Assembly: GCA_030141605.1 (NCBI GenBank)
Contig: JAQGDQ010000573.1
Span: forward strand, 1 to 64,000
Length of the DNA: 64,000 bases
DNA from: Tubiluchus corallicola
Taxonomy: Eukaryota > Animalia > Priapulida
Direction: 5' to 3'
Below are positions 24,507-38,278 of the stretch, one piece after another. The notes beneath the pieces are model-generated. The model was not told the DNA's origin, made no database searches, and saw only the letters and a list, made by a program, of their open reading frames with translations. The position numbers were made by a program, and so were the translations under genes. Every line of letters begins with the position of its first letter. Position 1 is the first letter of the stretch.

Positions 24507-27500
24507 GGGTTTATTCCACCACGGATAATCAAACACCCACCTTCTGAGCAGCGGTCTCCCAAAGAGTACAAGCACTCGCCCTGTTCAAACGAACAACTTC
24601 CATCATCTACGAAATCTATTTCACCCGTGTGGCAAAATGCTGTTAAGCTGACAGGATTCGACGATTTGTATGCTCAGAAGTCGTCTCCAAAGATGGAGGA
24701 AGATAAAGTGAGAAAAAAGAATCAGTTTTCTAAGGTTGATTCTGGACTGCAATTGTCATCTTATAGCAGCAGGCCAGACTTGCCTGATATGTTTCAAGAG
24801 AGTCCATGTAATATCAAGAATGAAGGCTGTCTCTTGTCACTTAATAAAAACTCAGCAGTTAGTAGTGAGGAAAATAGACTTGAAACATTTATGACTCGCG
24901 TGGATAAACCTAATGTCGAATCCACTACAAATAGTTTGCAGAAACAAAATGTTCAGATGACTTCACTAGATAAATGTATCCAGGACGGAACGTTTGCAAT
25001 ATTGCTTGAGAACATTGACGCATACGCGGGTGGTAAAGATGCAGTGAAATCCAAGGATGTGGAAGGTCCCGCACTCTCATCACTATCGCCACCTGTAACC
25101 GAAGTTAATCTTAATGTGAGTATTGGCACTTCCTTATATTCTGGTAGTAATGATATAACATCTAACAACAGTGCAGAAGCTTTGCTGTGTTGTGTTGAAG
25201 AGGGCAAACATAATAGTGTGAGCAGAAGAGGTTCTTTTGAAGGAAGGGTGAAAGATGCGGAGTTGCAAGATGATCGCGCAGCACCTTCTGTGTTAGTAAC
25301 CGACCACGTGGGTTTAACGGCTGATGAAAAAATAATACCAGTAAGAAAGTCTGACGTCGCTGATGGCAAGCAACGGAAACAGTCTAATGTGAGTTTCAAT
25401 AACGCGAAACAGTTGTTAATAAGATCTGGTGCAAGTGAAGAGAGTGGACGCTGTAGAAAAAATGACGGTGAGTCTTTTACAGATAATGGTGTTGCATCAG
25501 AGCTTGTGAGACCAAAAGTGTTTTCTTGTGAGACTCCTGAAAATTCTGCTTGTGCTTTTGTTAAAATAGACACGAAAGAAAACAATTATGGTAATGTTGT
25601 TATGTCACAATGTCGGAATGTTCCCCGTTCCCAAGACCTGGCATTCCGCACTGGTGATTGTGCTGAGTCAACCTGCTTTGAGCTTGGGTTTTCTGATTTA
25701 TTAGAAGACACATTTGGAGATGATGAGACCACAGGTGGAGGAAACGTCGGTGAAATGATGCAGAATTTAGGCAGACATTCCCCGTCTGCTTGCACAGTGG
25801 GTTCTCCCGTTCTTGCTGAAAACGTGTCTGGGCAGGAAAAAGATTTATCTATAACTGTTTGCATACAATCTGAGAAAGTATTGTCCGTAGTTCCAGAAAT
25901 GGACAAATTTGTTCTGGACAGTAATAAAGATAAGTCTAAAGAAACCTCGCAATTGGCGACAAATGGAACTAGTGGTTCCCTTAAAGAAATGTTAGGAAAT
26001 CTGCCATCTACATATTCTTCTATTAATCCACAAGAAGAGAAAAGCTGTCATAGTGGCAAATTTGACAAGCGAGTGTCAGAAAATAAGTATCCAGATCAAT
26101 CCTCTTTTGCGGAAGGGTTTTCTACTAACAATAAATTTGATAAAGAGATATTTGATGCAACAAACATTTCCTTTTCAAAAGAATGGCTAGACGATTCACA
26201 AATTTTATCTGATAATGACGAATTCTGTTTCAGGAATCCACATCATTCACATTTACCATCAAAACATTTTTCTCAGGAGTCATGGGGTGCTGAGCAGTTG
26301 TTCAATGATGTGCTGTCATGTTCTGCTTCCGTGAACCAGGTTCACATTTTAGATGAATCATCACTTGATGTGCATAGTGGTAACACGACACCTGTAAGCA
26401 CCAGCAAGCAACTCGCTGACGGATTACTAAATGTTCCAACTGTTGAGATGTTTTCTCAAATTGTCCAGTGGCTGTCATCTGAATCTGACCAACATTTGTG
26501 GCCCACGGAAACAGCGCAGAAGCCATTTGACTCTGAATCTCTTTCACATAGCAGTGCTGCACTGTTTTCATTGAATTCTTCTTCGGACGACATTCTTATT
26601 TGCAGCGCTGCGCCGCAGAAACCGAATGCTTCTCAGAGTTCGACTGGACGACGGCCAGACAACATTGCACCGCATTCCACTGTTGAGCAGGAATTTGATG
26701 CGAAAGATGTGCAACCTGTTGTTGATTTATTGTCAGATTCTGAGGAAGAAACTCAGGCTCAGTGCGATGACGACAGCAGCAAAGCTGTGGCCGCTATTTT
26801 AAACAAAGATCCATCCGCTAAAGTGCACGAGTCGTTCTCTGCCAAGAAGCTTGACACAAATGCTGTTTCATACCCTTTACAAAGAGGGAAGTGTGAAGAT
26901 ATTGGTGTGTCACTACAGTGTCCACTAACACCCAGTAAGCATAGAGCTGATTTTTTTTCTCAGCTAGATCCAAAATCACCAGACGAGAATGCTGACCACA
27001 GTGTTGCTCCGTCTCAAGCCAAGCGGAGTTCTCATTGGGAAGTTTACCCAATGACAGCAAATCAGAATGAAAACACCAGTCTATCTCAGACAAATGCAGC
27101 TGCAAATCTCAGCACACAGTGCAACAATTGTAATTACATGTTGCCAGTTGATTCTGCAAGTGATTTTGAGGTTTTGCCACCTCCCGAAAATTTGTTCCTT
27201 TCCCACAGCGGAGAAGTTCAATATCTATCAGAAAATTTTGACCGTAATCAACTCGGTATTAGCAAACTGCCAGCAGCTTTTCATGGCGCAAACTCAATTG
27301 CCAATGATAATATTGACGATTATTTGCAGTTTAAAATGAGTCCAAGTGACTTCCAACGTGATCTGAAGAATAATTGTCACAGAAAAGAAAGAATGAATCA
27401 CTATTCTGAACATTCACCCAGCAGCCCAGGACATACATTTGCTTCATATCAGCTAGAAAGTAGCGATCCACCCCACTTGGAAAATAAAGAAAATTTGGTG

Positions 27501-27737
27501 CCTGCTTTAGATATTACAGTTTTAACAAATCCTGCGTACGAAGGTTCTACTAACATGAAAACGAGGTCGTTTGATTCGCCGTATTTTAATATTTCGGATG
27601 AAGATGAAGGGAACCGTAAACCGATGCTTTCAGAAAAACTGCGAAGCGTACCCCACCCAGATGAATTGTTTGGGGACAAGAAAAAGCATAAACCCAGTTT
27701 TAGGGGTGTACATCAACCTGTGGATATTGTAAAGGCT
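24507..27737 (+). CDS. ZGRF1: ZGRF1 large exon (about 1077 aa, S/D/E/N-rich, predicted disordered)
   Basis: Contains the 1069-aa ORF. Begins GFIPPR after TTTTAG, in frame; ends VDIVKA|GTAAGT. Confidence 0.88.
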
Positions 27738-27898
27738 GTAAGTGACGGCATGTTGCTTTATTGTAGTTGTGGAAAGGATGAGTATTTTATGCATACTTTA
27801 CTCAAACTGGCTAAGTGTTCAAACTCGAGAAGCTAAAAATATTACCATGTGCTTTAGCTGATTAGAGGAAACTAATAAATGCGTCTCTAAAATAATAG

Positions 27899-28185
27899 AT
27901 TGTAGCAGTTAAACTTAGTGTAGTGTGTTACACATTACTAATATGCATTGTAATGAAATTGCCACTATCTGTCCTGAAAGTAGAAATATATGGTTTGTAA
28001 TATAAATTTTAATAACTTCTAAAAGTTTCTTGAGTGCAGTACTAATGATGTATGCAGGTCAGATGCAAAAAAATCGTTATTAGGCCTTTCTGTACTTGGC
28101 TCCTTGATCAAACTGTCTGTGGTCCCGCAGGAATTGCAGGAAAGTTTAATGTGGCCCGGCTAGTCAGATAATTTGCACACCCCTG
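27899..28185 (+). mobile_element. hAT-like MITE family A, 5'-truncated
   Basis: Matches the right ~290 bp of family A, ending TTTGCACACCCCTG. Confidence 0.8.
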
Positions 28186-28909
28186 AATTAGAGTTACATG
28201 TAGTGTAGCATGAATATTAAATTTCCTTATAATTTGGCAAATAACAGACAAGCTAAGTAAACTATTGGGGCGACTGCCTTTTTGGATCAGTACAAAATTT
28301 ATTGTGGTTTTGAATTTTCTGATTTAGTCATTGCACTTTTTGTCATGTGTAATACGTTTTTGTTCTTAACGAGTTCTGCATTTTCAATATGCGCTATGCA
28401 ATTACGCAAGTAGTTACAATAAAACTGAAACAAATGCAGCTCTGCTACAAAAAATCAATTCAAATCAAATCATTTATTGTTTTTCCCACATACAACGTCG
28501 ATTAAAACTTAGCAGCATAATTATAATAGCCAATCAAATGGGAAGGGGTGGCGAAGAACATGCGTTATCGTATCAGCCACCCCAACTCAGTTCTGTTATA
28601 AATATTTCGCATGCAGTGCAGACGATAACTAATCAAAAATAATGAAATATAGAATTATGCACTTGTTTACATCTATATAACATAAATAAAAAACGCTAAA
28701 AAGGAAATTTCACAGAAAAAAGCATTGAGAGTAGATAAATGATTGTTTACATATTTGGCTGTGTGTTATGATTATCAGATTAAGTGATGTTTAAGTTGCA
28801 CATTTTCTACAAATTTTCACTGCGTTTGTTTTTCGGTCATGTTAAACGTGGCGCTTTTTGAAGACACCTCAGCTGCATTTCTTGATAATTATTGTGCGAG
28901 AATATTTAG

Positions 28910-29078
28910 GTTGAAGAGAAACTGGAAAAACATGTAATTCGTGGATCATGTTCGAGTGTCACCACGCGCAGGCAGCCAACAACGACGACTGCTAGTGACA
29001 CCTTGCAGCAGAGTCTGAAAAGAACCCTGAACAGTATGCAGTCCTCTTCAGAAGTGCGTCATGGGATGTCACCTACAG
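28910..29078 (+). CDS. ZGRF1: ZGRF1 exon (low-complexity region)
   Basis: VEEKLEKHVIRGSCSSVTTRRQP...HGMSPT(G); open frame, TTTAG / CAG|GTATTC; supplies the phase 0 to 1 link needed by the next exon. Confidence 0.7.
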
Positions 29079-29191
29079 GTATTCGGCTTTGTAGACTTTT
29101 AGCTCTTTCAGCTCGCAGCAGAATAGCAGTTTTCGTTGCATAGCAGTGTTTACAAATTCATTGAGAGAAAAACAATGCACTGCCAATGAAG

Positions 29192-29741
29192 CAGGGATGA
29201 GAATTTTCCGCGGATACGCGGAATTCCGAGTTTTTGGAAGACCAGTAGTGCCATTTGGGATGGGAATTTTCCGCAGATACGCGGAATTCCGAGTTTTTGG
29301 AAGACCAGTAGTGCCATTTTTGTAAATCACGAAAATTTTTACAGACCCAGTACATTATTTCACAAGCTGACCGCTAGTTGGCAGGCCGTCACTTTGTTTA
29401 CATCACGTACATCAGTGTAAACACGTGTATGTCTCTATGTATAAAAATGTAGAATCAATTGTGAGTTATTTGAGTCAATTGCAGACAGGTTTTATATACT
29501 TTTGCAAAGGAGCGGCCAGTACTTGGGCGTTTTTGAGACAATTAGGTATCATGTATCCTTGATAGTTGGGTATTTTAAATTATGCATGAAACAAGGTAAT
29601 TGATATTTTAAGTCCACTTAGAGGCTCTCTATGGTCACAAAATTGCAATTTGTTGCTGGCTCCAAGGGGGCTTTGCCCCTCAACCCCATTGAGGGCCTAG
29701 GCGGCTCCCAAACCACCTGCAATTTTTCATTCTCATCCCTG
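29192..29741 (+). mobile_element. MITE family B (6-bp TSD), with tandem duplication of the left end
   Basis: Same TIRs, exact TSD atgaag; the first ~62 bp are duplicated internally. Confidence 0.9.
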
Positions 29742-30266
29742 ATGAAGCCGTTTACTATGCTTGCTCATTCAAAAACAAAATCAATGCTTGTGTGATGAAA
29801 GAACTGAATGTTGTGGAACAAATGAACTTTGAATTCCAATTTTATTGCCAGGAAGACACTGAAATGTAATTTTTCGACACTGTGGCGCTTCGCAAGCTTA
29901 AATTCAGCACTCAAAAGTAGTGCCTTGTCAACGGAGATGTTTGCAACGTGAGTTGGACCTGACTCATAAAGAACATTATCTAAGATGAGCCACTGAACTG
30001 ACAGAAGTGTTTCAGCAACATATAAATATGTATACATTCTCCCTTTAAGAGGTAAAGATTTACCTGCAGTGAGTACTGAACCCCTGGCGGCCACACGCCA
30101 CTCACATAAAGTAAATTCATCTACCCGCTTTGTTCTACATTTTTATTCTAAATGGAACGTAAAATTACAACTGCTCAAACATTATTTTTATTAATTTCTT
30201 TGTTATTATTGTTGTCATCGCCGTCATCATTAGGTAGTTAAAAGTGTTTTCATTGATTATTTTTAG

Positions 30267-30388
30267 GGTTATTACCGGAAGAAGATGCTTCTAGTCTGTA
30301 TCTGTTTGACCCAGTGAAGGTTAAAAGATCAAGATTCATAGAAAAGCTGCCACAGGTGCAAACAACTGAAACTGTTTTTCAGCCTCAG
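30267..30388 (+). CDS. ZGRF1: ZGRF1 exon
   Basis: (G)LLPEEDASSLYLFDPVKVKRSRFIEKLPQVQTTETVFQPQ; TTTTAG / CAG|GTACTT. Confidence 0.72.
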
Positions 30389-30673
30389 GTACTTTATCAC
30401 ATTATTTTTAAACAAAAACATTACATCATATTAGAATAATTTATTTTGTAGTGCATGTTTTATCTGAGTGATCGCTTTGTGTCGGTATGGATGATTAAGC
30501 AATGGGATTTAATGTTGTACTAGCACAAGAGGCACCTAAGCACTGAAGATATTATAGTACTCCCATATATGTGAAATTTAGAACAAAAACAATGGAAAAT
30601 TGTAAAATAAAATTTTATATTTCGAAATGAAACAGAAATTGCAACAAGATTTTATTTATGGTAGTCACGTACT

Positions 30674-32629
30674 CATCATCACCACCATGTGATACATACA
30701 GTCAAAAGCAACATTATCCTGTTTTCATCATCACCACCATGTGATACATACAGTCAAAAGCAACATGATCCTGTTTTCAGTATCACCAACATGTGATACA
30801 TACAGTCAAAAGCAACATTATCCTGTTTTCATCATCACTACCATGTGATACATGCAGTCAAAAGCAACATTATCCTGTTTTCAGTATCACCACCATGTGA
30901 TACATACAGTCAAAAGCAACATTATCCTGTTTTCATCATCACTACCATGTGATACATACAGTCAAAAGCAACATTATCCTGTTTTCATCATCACTACCAT
31001 GTGATACATACAGTCAAAAGCAACATTATCCTGTTTTCAGTATAACCACCATGTGATATATACAGTCAAAAGCAACATTATCCTGTTCTCATCACCACCA
31101 TGTGATACATACAGTCAAAAGCAACATTATCCTGTTTTCAGTATCACCAACATGTGATACATACAGTCAAAAGCAACATTATCCTGTTCTCATCACCACC
31201 ATGTGATACATACAGTCAAAAGCAACATTATCCTGTTTTCAGTATCACCAACATGTGATACATACAGTCAAAAGCAACATTATCCTGTTTTCAGTATCAC
31301 CAACATGTGATACATGCAGTCAAAAGCAACATTATCCTGTTTTCAGTATCACCACCATGTGATATATACAGTCAAAAGCAACATTATCCTGTTTTCAGTA
31401 TAACCACCATGTGATATATACAGTCAAAAGCAACATTATCCTGTTTTCAGTATAACCACCATGTGATATATACAGTCAAAAGCAACATTATCGTGTTTTC
31501 AGTATCACCACCATGTGATACATGCAGTCAAAAGCAACATTATCCTGTTCTCATCACCACCATGTGATACATACAGTCAAAAGCAACATTATCCTGTTTT
31601 CAGTATCACCAACATGTGATACATACAGTCAAAAGCAACATTATCCTGTTTTCAGTATCACCAACATGTGATACATACAGTCAAAAGCAACATTATCCTG
31701 TTCTCATCACCACCATGTGATATATACAGTCAAAAGCAACATTATCGTGTTTTCAGTATCACCACCATGTGATACATGCAGTCAAAAGCAACATTATCCT
31801 GTTCTCATCACCACCATGTGATACATACAGTCAAAAGCAACATTATCCTGTTTTCAGTATCACCAACATGTGATACATACAGTCAAAAGCAACATTATCC
31901 TGTTTTCAGTATCACCAACATGTGATACATACAGTCAAAAGCAACATTATCCTGTTCTCATCACCACCATGTGATACATACAGTCAAAAGCAACATTATC
32001 CTGTTTTCAGTATCACCAACATGTGATACATACAGTCAAAAGCAACATTATCCTGTTTTCAGTATCACCAACATGTGATACATACAGTCAAAAGCAACAT
32101 TATCCTGTTCTCATCACCACCATGTGATACATACAGTCAAAAGCAACATTATCCTGTTTTCAGTATCACCACCATGTGATACATACAGTCAAAAGCAACA
32201 TTATCCTGTTTTCAGCATCACCACCATGTGATACGTACAGTCAAAAGCAACATTATCCTGTTTTCAGTATCACCACCATGTGATACGTACAGTCAAAAGC
32301 AACATTATCCTGTTTTCAGTATCACCACCATGTGATACATACAGTCAAAAGCAACATTATCCTGTTTTCAGTATCACCACCATGTGATACATACAGTCAA
32401 AAGCAACATTATCCTGTTTTCAGTATCACCACCATGTGATACATACAGTCAAAAGCAACATTATCCTGTTTTCAGTATCACCACCATGTGATACATGCAG
32501 TCAAAAGCAACATTATCCTGTTCTCATCACCACCATGTGATACATACAGTCAAAAGCAACATTATCCTGTTCTCAGTATCACCACCATGTGATACATGCA
32601 GTCAAAAGCAACATTATCCTGTTTTCAGC
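30674..32629. repeat. 52/49-bp minisatellite, about 38 copies
   Basis: Unit TCACCACCATGTGATACATACAGTCAAAAGCAACATTATCCTGTTTTCAGTA with 49-bp deletion variants. Confidence 0.97.
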
Positions 32630-32863
32630 ATCTTTATAAGCATTACCACATTTGAAATATGTGATGACACATTTATATAATCAGTCAACGTATAACATCT
32701 CAGTGGCAGTGATCTCAATGTTCATCCATACTGTCATATCGTAAACAAACACAAAAACCGCCACATATATTCCGGTATATTTCGCTTTTGGCAATTATTC
32801 GATTTGATAAGCTGTGTTGGGTCTGTTCCACTGAGGTCCTAAGCATGTGCTTATTTTGCTTAA

Positions 32864-33197
32864 CCCTTTCAGTCCCGATTTTTTTAAAAACACAACAAAA
32901 GCAAAAAAATGTGCTTCATTTTGCAACAGCTGATAATTTTTTAAAGTATTTAAGACATTTAGTATGCATGCTATACTGATCTGTACAAAGTCGTCTCTAA
33001 AGTACTGTACCTTGCGCAGTTTTTTGTGCTATGTAGATTTTTTAGTTTGCCATTTTATCACTAATTTTAGTCTATTGTTATTGGCTTAAATCAAAACAAC
33101 TATTAACAGATCAAATAACTGTCAGTTTTAAAATTTTATTAATTTTAAAGCCAGAAAATATTCTCGTATAACACGGGATACAACGGGTATGAAAGGG
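32864..33197 (+). mobile_element. piggyBac-like MITE
   Basis: TTAA|CCCTTTCA ... TGAAAGGG|TTAA. Confidence 0.82.
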
Positions 33198-34053
33198 TTA
33201 AAGGCTGCATGGCATGAAATTGGATCTTACAATCCGTTCTATCAGGTCAGACAGTTGTTATGAGTATTTATTTGTTGCATTTCAATCGTGCCTTGTAAGC
33301 GCCTTTGTCATTTATGGATTCTAATTTCAATGTGAATGGTTGGTTATCTTGCAAATAAAACCTGTACGGATTGTCCTGTCCTGTCCTGTCCTGTCCTGTA
33401 TATCCAATGAAAAATATGTAATATGAAGTTGGTAGTGAGATCCAACTGTTATGCACATACGCGTTCCCCTACCTGTTAAATTTGGTCTTGCCCCTTTAAC
33501 TGTCATCAGTCATGTGACCAGGTAGACATTACCTGGTATGCAATTCAAGTTGATATCATGTGAATGTTGTGAATTGATTTCTGTTGCTTTTTTGCAAGTT
33601 ATAAGCGTCAAAACTCAGGGAGACCACATGTAAGTGTCTAATTATGTCTATTGAACTGCCTTATGCAATTAGGGCTATTTCGCTGTTATTTTTTTGTATA
33701 ATTATAGACGAAAATCACGTAACCTAATTTAGTAATGCACCTGTATCAAACTTACGTTTTTCGCTAAAAACTTATTGCTTTATTACTACAGATAAAATGA
33801 AAATTGCTGCATATTAAACATATTTGATGTTCTGGAGTTTAAATGTAATACACCAATGTGTTATTCATAGCCTTTGTGTCTTTTGTAAGAAATAACGTGT
33901 TTTTTTTCGCAGTTCTGAAATTTTCAGTTATCTCACGAAGAGAAAAAGTTTATCTCATGTCCTTCTACTGTTTTACTTGTTTGCGCTCAACAACACAAGC
34001 GTGCTGTATTGTGTTCTTAATTTTTTTTTACACTAATTTTGCACTGTTTTTAG

Positions 34054-34937
34054 GACTGCACTTCAGTTGAAGATTTTCAGCTTGTTCCTGATGCAGAGGT
34101 GTTTTGTAAAGAAAAACTCACATTCCACTGCCTAGATGAAGATGAGAGTTATTCTGGCTTTAACTTTCCGTATCCACAGCAAACTAGCTTAACTACTCAT
34201 CCTCTCAGTCAGCGGGATAACGCTCTCAATCAGCGGGATAATCCTCTCAATCAGCGGGATAATGCTCTTAATCAGTGGGATAATGCTCTTAATCAGTATG
34301 ATTCAAAAGAATCAAACTGTTCGGCTTTATCACAACCTGTATTTCAAACTGATGCAAATAATGGCAGCAAGATGGAAGCTAATGATGACTTAATGTTGGA
34401 TATATTAGATTCTAGTAATAAAACTACAGTACCTGTCTCCTCTTGCCAGTCAGCTAACAGAATGTCTGATTTAACTGCCGCTCGTAGAACTCGGGTACCC
34501 GTTCTTTCGAAGCCGTTCTCCGACTGCGCAAGCGACTTTCTGTACCCATCTCTCAGAAATTCTTCAGAAAGAAACGACAACTGGAAGCAAGAGAATTTTG
34601 TATTTGCTAACAAAAGTGACTCTGCTGGCAATAGTGATTCTACCTTAAGGATTTTTAGTGATTTAGGTATGCCTGGTGCTAAAAAACGGCATGTTCTATC
34701 TGATACAAATGTAAATGTAAAACCACCAGCAATAAACATGATCTCTGCTGAAATAATTACTACATCGCTGAGTGACATTCACGATGGTAAAGAAGCGTGT
34801 CCGGGTTCCCCTGATTTTGAATTTACAGATGATGATGTTTTATCAGACTTGGAGAAGGTGAATCAGACTAGTGAATGTTTGTTGCACAAAGCCGTTTCTT
34901 CCTCATCGCTCTTAGACGGAGAGTTTTCATCGAATTT
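34054..34937 (+). CDS. ZGRF1: ZGRF1 exon (about 290 aa; 3' boundary ambiguous, 34857 or 34937)
   Basis: Contains the 280-aa ORF, composition like the large exon; TTTTAG acceptor in frame; candidate donors AAG|GTGAAT (34857) or TT|GTAAGT (34937). Confidence 0.8.
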
Positions 34938-36329
34938 GTAAGTACGTTTTAGCAGTTGGTTGAAAGCTGTTGATTATGCCCAGTTATGTAAGCTATCTCA
35001 AGTACTGTTCAACAATTGTAATGAGTATTTTTAGAAGCCAACAATTTCGCATCCAATTTAACATAAGTTTTTTTACCTTTATGTTCTGTTGTGTTTATAT
35101 ACGCATATAAAAAAGTACACGGGTCATCCTGAAATGACAGGGTGTAAATAGCCAGTAATATGTGGTCACTGAGACAACCTTTCAACAACACGTCAGGCAA
35201 ACACACAGATGTTGATATTAAGATATCTTTTGACGACAACATACACGCACACATCCACATCAGAGCAATCCACTGGACATGCAGTATTCGGAAATCCTTT
35301 GAGTTTCAACGCATGAGGTACATAACATACACTAATGAAAAGGTTTTTGTTATTGCGCTCTGAGGTTTTTCTTAAATGATTCTATCATACCACATTTACT
35401 TGAAACATTCGACCCAGAGAAAAACCACACAGATTCGCCTCTAGTTTAGTATTCATAGTCGTACCGAATTATTCAAAACATAATTGTGCTGTCACTAACC
35501 TCAAATGAACAAATGGAGTATTACCACGAAGTAAGCATTTCAAAATATCACTGATACTACTAAAATGAACCAAAATAATAAGCTATATGTACGTTTAGTA
35601 ATGTTTTAAAAAGTATGAGTTATTTTGCTTTTAATGGTACTATGCCTACTAATAAAAATTAACTAGACCAAATTAATTGTTTTTGAAGTTGATCATCATA
35701 GTTCTCTGTAAATGATCTTTACATAACTTATTAACTTGGTTTAATTACTGAATGAATGAGTCAGCTCTGTGAGCACTAGTCTTCATACCTTGATCTTAAA
35801 ATACCAGTTTTTCCATATTACAAGAGTTACATATGCATTACTACTTGCTTTGTATTGTTAGGAAAATGTATAAAGCCAGTGCAACACGCTATTATGCTTA
35901 TAATCCTTATGCCACCATAATTGGACTGTTTTACTCTCTGTTTTATCTAATATTCCATTTCGTGTTATTATATGATGAATGTTTCTGCCTTGAGTAATGT
36001 AACTCTATTTTAATTATGCAGTACTTTTGTATTCTAGATTGGTTGAAGGCCATGTCTGTTTGGGTAACAATGAGGAGCACACAAAACCGCGTGAATTTTC
36101 TACAAAAAAACACAACGCCAAGAATCTTGCAAGAAACAAGTTTAAAGTGCGTTATTTTATAACGTAATTCTCCTTCTTTTACAAAACTCATAATGTTTTT
36201 AATTGTCTTGCACAGTACTTGGTTGTTCATTCTTGTAGCAGTAAACTTTATCGAACATCATCGATCATTTTATAGCTGGGTACTCATACAAACGTAAGGC
36301 AGGTAGACAAAAATTCAAAGCTTCAACAA

Positions 36330-36923
36330 CTAACCTGAGAAATACTTTAAAATTCCCAATCATTGAAGCACACAAAGAATATTTTACTCTGCTTTTTATA
36401 TTTAAATACATTAACAACATCAGCAAACCATTCCAGAATAACAGATTTACCTTTTTTCCAAATCCTATCGTTAATTCCAGAACAAGAAATCTAAAACAAA
36501 TTAGGACAAATACCCACTATGGAACGAACTCTGTAATCAGACAAGCAATTTTACTTTGGAATTCTCTACCGTTACAGGTTAAACAAATCAAGTCCCTATC
36601 AGCATTTAAAACAAAATTAAAATCACTAATATTAACCAGATATGAAATGCCATCACACCAGTACGACAACATACACACTAATTCCGAATTCATATACCCA
36701 CGGCCATATTAATTAAATCATAGTTTTTTTTCATTTTTTGTGCATAGTTGTAAATACGTTTGATTTTATTCGTCGTTACTTTCCATTACTGCACAGTTGT
36801 TTAGATTGCACTGACGCATTTGCCTTTAGCAGTGTAAGTTTTTATTAACTAACACTGATTGATCATCTCTGTAAAGTTTTAGTCAGTGATTATCAATGTA
36901 TCTTAATGACAAATAAAGATTAT

Positions 36924-36925
<2 letters not shown>
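36330..36925 (+). mobile_element. LINE 3' remnant (CR1/L2/Crack group)
   Basis: Translates NTHYGTNSVIRQAILLWNSLPLQVKQIKSLSAFKTKLKSLIL (WNSLP...FK.KLK motif); 3'UTR hairpin, AATAAA and (TA)-rich tail. Confidence 0.75.
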
Positions 36926-36956
<31 letters not shown>

Positions 36957-37661
36957 ATTATATAATATATATATATAATATATTATATTATATATAATAT
37001 ATTATATTATATAATATAGTGTTATATATGTATATATATATATATATAAGTATACTAAATATAGATGACTAAAATGCACGCTTAAGCTACGTTGAAACAA
37101 GTTATACTTATAACGCTTTATTTGCAGATTTAATTACAGTTAGCAGAAAATTAATTTTTTATTTGATGCTGACTTAAATGGGTTTTGCATAAATTTTGAG
37201 AGACTTACATTCTCGCAAAGTTTGAAATTTTGGAATTTTTATTAAATTCAAATTAATAGGCAACTTGACTTTATGTTTTTATATTTTGAGATAAAAGAGT
37301 CACCCCAAAATCCGTATGCCACCATAATTGGAACCGTTTTATTCTCTGGCTTATCTAATATTCCATTTCGTGTTATTATATGATGAATCGTCTGTGCCCA
37401 AAATACCCATTGTTAACAGAATTAAATAACTGTAAAAATTAACTCACATTTTATCATAAAACTGTAATGAATCAACGATTGATATTAAAACAGTTGTGTT
37501 TCGGCTTCTGTTATTAAGTGTTACTTGTTGAAGAATGGAAATGACATAAGTAATTAACTCATTCCAGGATTGTGGAGCCATCTGTTAACCAGAATGCTAA
37601 ACTAAATCAGAACAATGCATGTTAACCTGAAAATATTTACTCACGGTTGTTTGCATTTCAG

Positions 37662-37800
37662 AGAGATTTGACAGAGGAGTTGTTTTTCCCTAGTCGTGAT
37701 GAAGTTAGCAGTGAACTGACGCCGACACGTCAGACTAAAATATCGGAATCTTTTAGCAATTGTCAAGAGTATAAACAAGTGCTGCTCTCTGCGATCAGGG
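37662..37800 (+). CDS. ZGRF1: ZGRF1 exon
   Basis: RDLTEELFFPSRDEVSSELTPTRQTKISESFSNCQEYKQVLLSAIR resembles the conserved L.FP...RQ..I...F.....YKQ block upstream of the zinc finger. Confidence 0.85.
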
Positions 37801-37989
37801 GTAAAATTATGTGTAAACATTACCCGACTAAGCTGTGTGCCAATAAAATGGTAATCGTATACAGGTAGTCACTAGTCAGTCGTCAACATACGACTTGGGA
37901 ACTTGTGAATTGCTTTGATTTGATTTTGCCTCATACAATACGCTCGTGCAAAGTATTACAACCAATCAACAAGTATTGTGTGTGTGTGT

Positions 37990-38101
37990 GAGGGAGAGAG
38001 GGAAGGAAACAGGGAGAGAGAGCGAGAGAGGGGAGGAGAGAGAGAGAGAGATGGAGAGAGAGAGAGCAGAGAGGAGAGAGAGAGAGAGAGGAGAGAGGGG
38101 G

Positions 38102-38155
<54 letters not shown>

Positions 38156-38216
38156 GAGAGAGAGAGAGAGAGAGAGAACGAGAGAGAGAACGAGAGAGAG
38201 AGAGAACGAGAGAGAG

Positions 38217-38275
<59 letters not shown>
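37990..38275. repeat. (GA)n microsatellite
   Basis: Direct inspection; explains the poly-ER/SL ORFs. Confidence 0.95.

Positions 38276-38278
<3 letters not shown>

Noticed and set aside
24627-27836. Stand-alone 1069-aa gene
   Set aside because: It is bounded by in-frame splice sites and lies between the DUF2439 and zf-GRF exons, so it is the large internal exon of ZGRF1.
35141-35317. Candidate ZGRF1 exon to resolve the phase conflict
   Set aside because: The required frame hits TAA immediately after the acceptor, and there is no polypyrimidine tract.
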